Source: Candidatus Onthoplasma sp. (GTDB lineage: Bacteria > Bacillota > Clostridia > Christensenellales > UBA1242). From it: a DNA stretch of 64,000 nucleotides. A program made the position numbers and the translations under genes. Below, in pieces: positions 61,630 to 64,000 of the stretch (within the stretch, counting starts at the first letter, position 1; every line of letters begins with the position of its first letter). The stretch covers positions 26,861 to 90,860 of the forward strand of contig JBJETW010000004.1 in the NCBI GenBank assembly GCA_051883515.1, read 5' to 3'. A model generated the notes under the pieces. That model searched no databases and was not told the origin of the DNA. It saw only the letters and a program-made list of their open reading frames with translations.

Positions 61630-61899
61630 TTGGTTATTACAGACATCAGAATTAGATTGGTTGCAAAAGATGACAGCAAGTTAAAAGCCATTGCATCATT
61701 CACAATTGACAATGTATTTGTGATTCATGACGTCAAAGTGATTGATGGACCAAATGGTTTATTCATTGCAATGCCATCAAAACAAGATCAAACTGGAAAG
61801 TTCAGAGATATTGTGCATCCATTGAACACAGAAACAAGAGAACAAATCAATTCTCAAATTTTGTCTGCATATGAAGCAGAAAAAAACAAAGCTGAATAA
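61630..61899 (+). CDS. spoVG: septation regulator SpoVG
   Basis: ITDIRIR, LKAIAS, GLFIAMPS, FRDIVHP. Confidence 0.95.
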   Translation: MVITDIRIRLVAKDDSKLKAIASFTIDNVFVIHDVKVIDGPNGLFIAMPSKQDQTGKFRDIVHPLNTETREQINSQILSAYEAEKNKAE

Positions 61900-62043
61900 T
61901 TTTCAGAAAAAAGACATGTCTAATTTTGGGACATGCCTTTTTGTTTTGTCTAAAATCATTTTCAAATTGACAAAATAGTAAAATTATAAAAATCTAAATA
62001 ATTTATTTATAGCAAAAAGACTCTAATGAAGAGTCTTTTTTAA

Positions 62044-64000
62044 TTAATCTAAATTGCTTAATAATGACAATTCAATTCCACCATCTGCTGATAATTTCCA
62101 ACCAGAAGAGTTGATTTCAAATTTCATTTCTCTTGAGACTGTTCGAGTTTGATTGTTATTTATTGCCCATTTACCATAAACATAATCAAATGTTCCTTGA
62201 TATGTTTCAATCTTGTTGAAGTCTGAAGAGTTGACATATCTTACATATGAAGAATCTGCATTGTCTTGATAGTTTTGATATACCCAACCAAAGAGTATGA
62301 ATGCCCTGCTATAAATATCGATTGAATATTTAGCATCTTCAACGCCTTTGTTTGAAATGTTTATAACAACACTTTGCATTTTTCCGTGAGTGTTATTTGC
62401 AAGACCTAAATTGTAGCAACCATATCCACTTTTTGTGTTATAATCTGTCCATACTTCACGATATCTATCGCCGTTGCCTTCAAAACTGCTATCAACAACT
62501 GAGTTAATTAAAGTTGCAGCATTTTCAAATTTAAGAACGATTAATGAGCATTTTGTGCTATTTTCTGTTCCGTAAATTACGCTATTTGTTTGAACATTTC
62601 GAACACTTCCGTTTTGGAAATCAACAACCATACCAGCCACTTGAATGTTTCCTTGGATTGTGTTTGAAGAGATGACTGCAGAACCACTAGTGTAATTTGC
62701 AACAAGAACTTGATTTACTGTCGCATTTGTGTTTCCGTTTGCATTTCCCATGATAACAGCAATACCTGCAACATAGTTTCCTCTAATTGTTTTTGCACCA
62801 GACACACATCTATCAATTGCTCCGCTGTTAACAACTGTAAGTCCACCAACGCTGTGGAATGTGTGTAATGTCATGTTATCGTCTGCTTCGCTTCCAATAT
62901 TTGATACAAATACATTTGTACCACTGATTGTTCCATTGTTGATTGCTGCAACGCCCGCTGCAAATATTGCTTGGTTTTCTTTACGAACATTAATACCCGC
63001 ACCTTTCAAAGTGACAGCACTGATTGTTCCATTGTTTGTTCCTGTTGCTCCACCAACAAGTGAATATTCTGACACGCTTACAACAGCATCAGCTATTGTG
63101 TCGCCAGTATAACCGATTTTTGCAATGTCGATATTTTCTTCAATTTCAACATTTTTGATTGTACCATTGTTAATTCCGGCAATTCCACCGATTGTGGCAA
63201 TTTCTTGGTCGTTTTTGTTGATAGCGACCACAGCAGTAATATCAGAAACCACTGATGATTCATCAACAGAAGCAACTGCTCCACCGATGACTTTCTTTGC
63301 TGTGATGTTGCTAATGCTTAAAGTGTTGTTGTCTGAAATGCTTGAATTTATCATTTCACCAACCAATCCACCAGCGTTTGTGATTGTTGTGTTTGCTGTC
63401 ATGTTAATTCCAGAAACTGAGCAATTTTTCATGCTTGAATTTTCAAGTTTTCCAGCAATTCCACCGAATGTTTTGATTGTTGCAGTGCCGAAAGCGCTGT
63501 CAGCAAAAGTGATTTTAACATTAATCAATTCACTAGATTCAATCACATTTGCAAGTGCTCCATAATAATCAAGATTTGAAGTTGGAGCTACCTCTTTAAC
63601 TACGATTTCAACGTCTTTAACTGTTGAACCACTGATTGTTTCAAACAATCCACGAGTTCCATTATTTACAGTGATTTTGTGATTTTTACCATTCAAAGTT
63701 GTATTTGTTAATGATGTTGGGAGATTATCAACAGTTATATCTGATGTAAGTTCATATGCCTTATCTTCTGACAAATCGCCTGTTAATGAGTCTCCAACAT
63801 TTGAATCATTAACATTTTGAGTTGATGATGATCTGTTGAAATAACCTGCGCTTGGAGCTGATGGAACAGAAGTTGTCATTTTCAATGTTGGAAGAGATGT
63901 GTCTTTCCAAATGTTATTTGCGTCCCATTTTGTTGTTGTGTTGTCAAGGTTAGTGTAGAAGGTCAAATTGTCAACTGTCACAGTGTCAGCTGATTCAAAA
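62044..64000 (-). CDS. large GLUG-repeat (beta-helix) surface protein, 5' end outside window
   Basis: LNGKNHKI...GLF; repeated (F/I)GGIAG, AGGLVG, GINNGTI units. Confidence 0.8.
   Translation of the reverse strand, partial: FESADTVTVDNLTFYTNLDNTTTKWDANNIWKDTSLPTLKMTTSVPSAPSAGYFNRSSSTQNVNDSNVGDSLTGDLSEDKAYELTSDITVDNLPTSLTNTTLNGKNHKITVNNGTRGLFETISGSTVKDVEIVVKEVAPTSNLDYYGALANVIESSELINVKITFADSAFGTATIKTFGGIAGKLENSSMKNCSVSGINMTANTTITNAGGLVGEMINSSISDNNTLSISNITAKKVIGGAVASVDESSVVSDITAVVAINKNDQEIATIGGIAGINNGTIKNVEIEENIDIAKIGYTGDTIADAVVSVSEYSLVGGATGTNNGTISAVTLKGAGINVRKENQAIFAAGVAAINNGTISGTNVFVSNIGSEADDNMTLHTFHSVGGLTVVNSGAIDRCVSGAKTIRGNYVAGIAVIMGNANGNTNATVNQVLVANYTSGSAVISSNTIQGNIQVAGMVVDFQNGSVRNVQTNSVIYGTENSTKCSLIVLKFENAATLINSVVDSSFEGNGDRYREVWTDYNTKSGYGCYNLGLANNTHGKMQSVVINISNKGVEDAKYSIDIYSRAFILFGWVYQNYQDNADSSYVRYVNSSDFNKIETYQGTFDYVYGKWAINNNQTRTVSREMKFEINSSGWKLSADGGIELSLLSNLD

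Overview
AT-rich chromosome segment of a low-GC Bacillota (Clostridia-like; standard genetic code; encodes murC and spoVG). About 45 kb is housekeeping: pyk, ssrA (tmRNA), degV-smpB-rnr-secG, gpmI-tpiA-pgk, trpS, the str operon, the complete S10-spc-alpha ribosomal cluster, prfA-prmC-rpmE, murC and spoVG. The accessory part is a ~17-kb island at the 3' end of tmRNA (2425-~19300), subdivided by four copies of the ssrA 3' end. (1) A 12,765-bp integrated virus-like element has a tyrosine integrase, an XRE repressor, a theta-type HTH replication initiator with internal iteron-like repeats, a run of membrane proteins, a GYxxG-stalk adhesin, a Zot/FtsK-HerA ATPase, a PemK-like toxin and a multi-hairpin intergenic region. 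It has no recognisable HUH Rep, terminase, portal, HK97 capsid, tail or lysin. (2, 3) Two integrase-less ~1-kb cassettes follow, one carrying a mini-MuF-barnase toxin plus barstar. (4) A 267-bp remnant of the same integrase end is followed by a repeat lipoprotein and an XRE gene. Other notable items: a Trp-Trp leader-peptide attenuator (not a T-box) upstream of trpS, a degenerate TpiA, and a SipW-type surface protein built from phage-tail-like modules. All calls come from reading the sequence by eye; no searches or folding were run.
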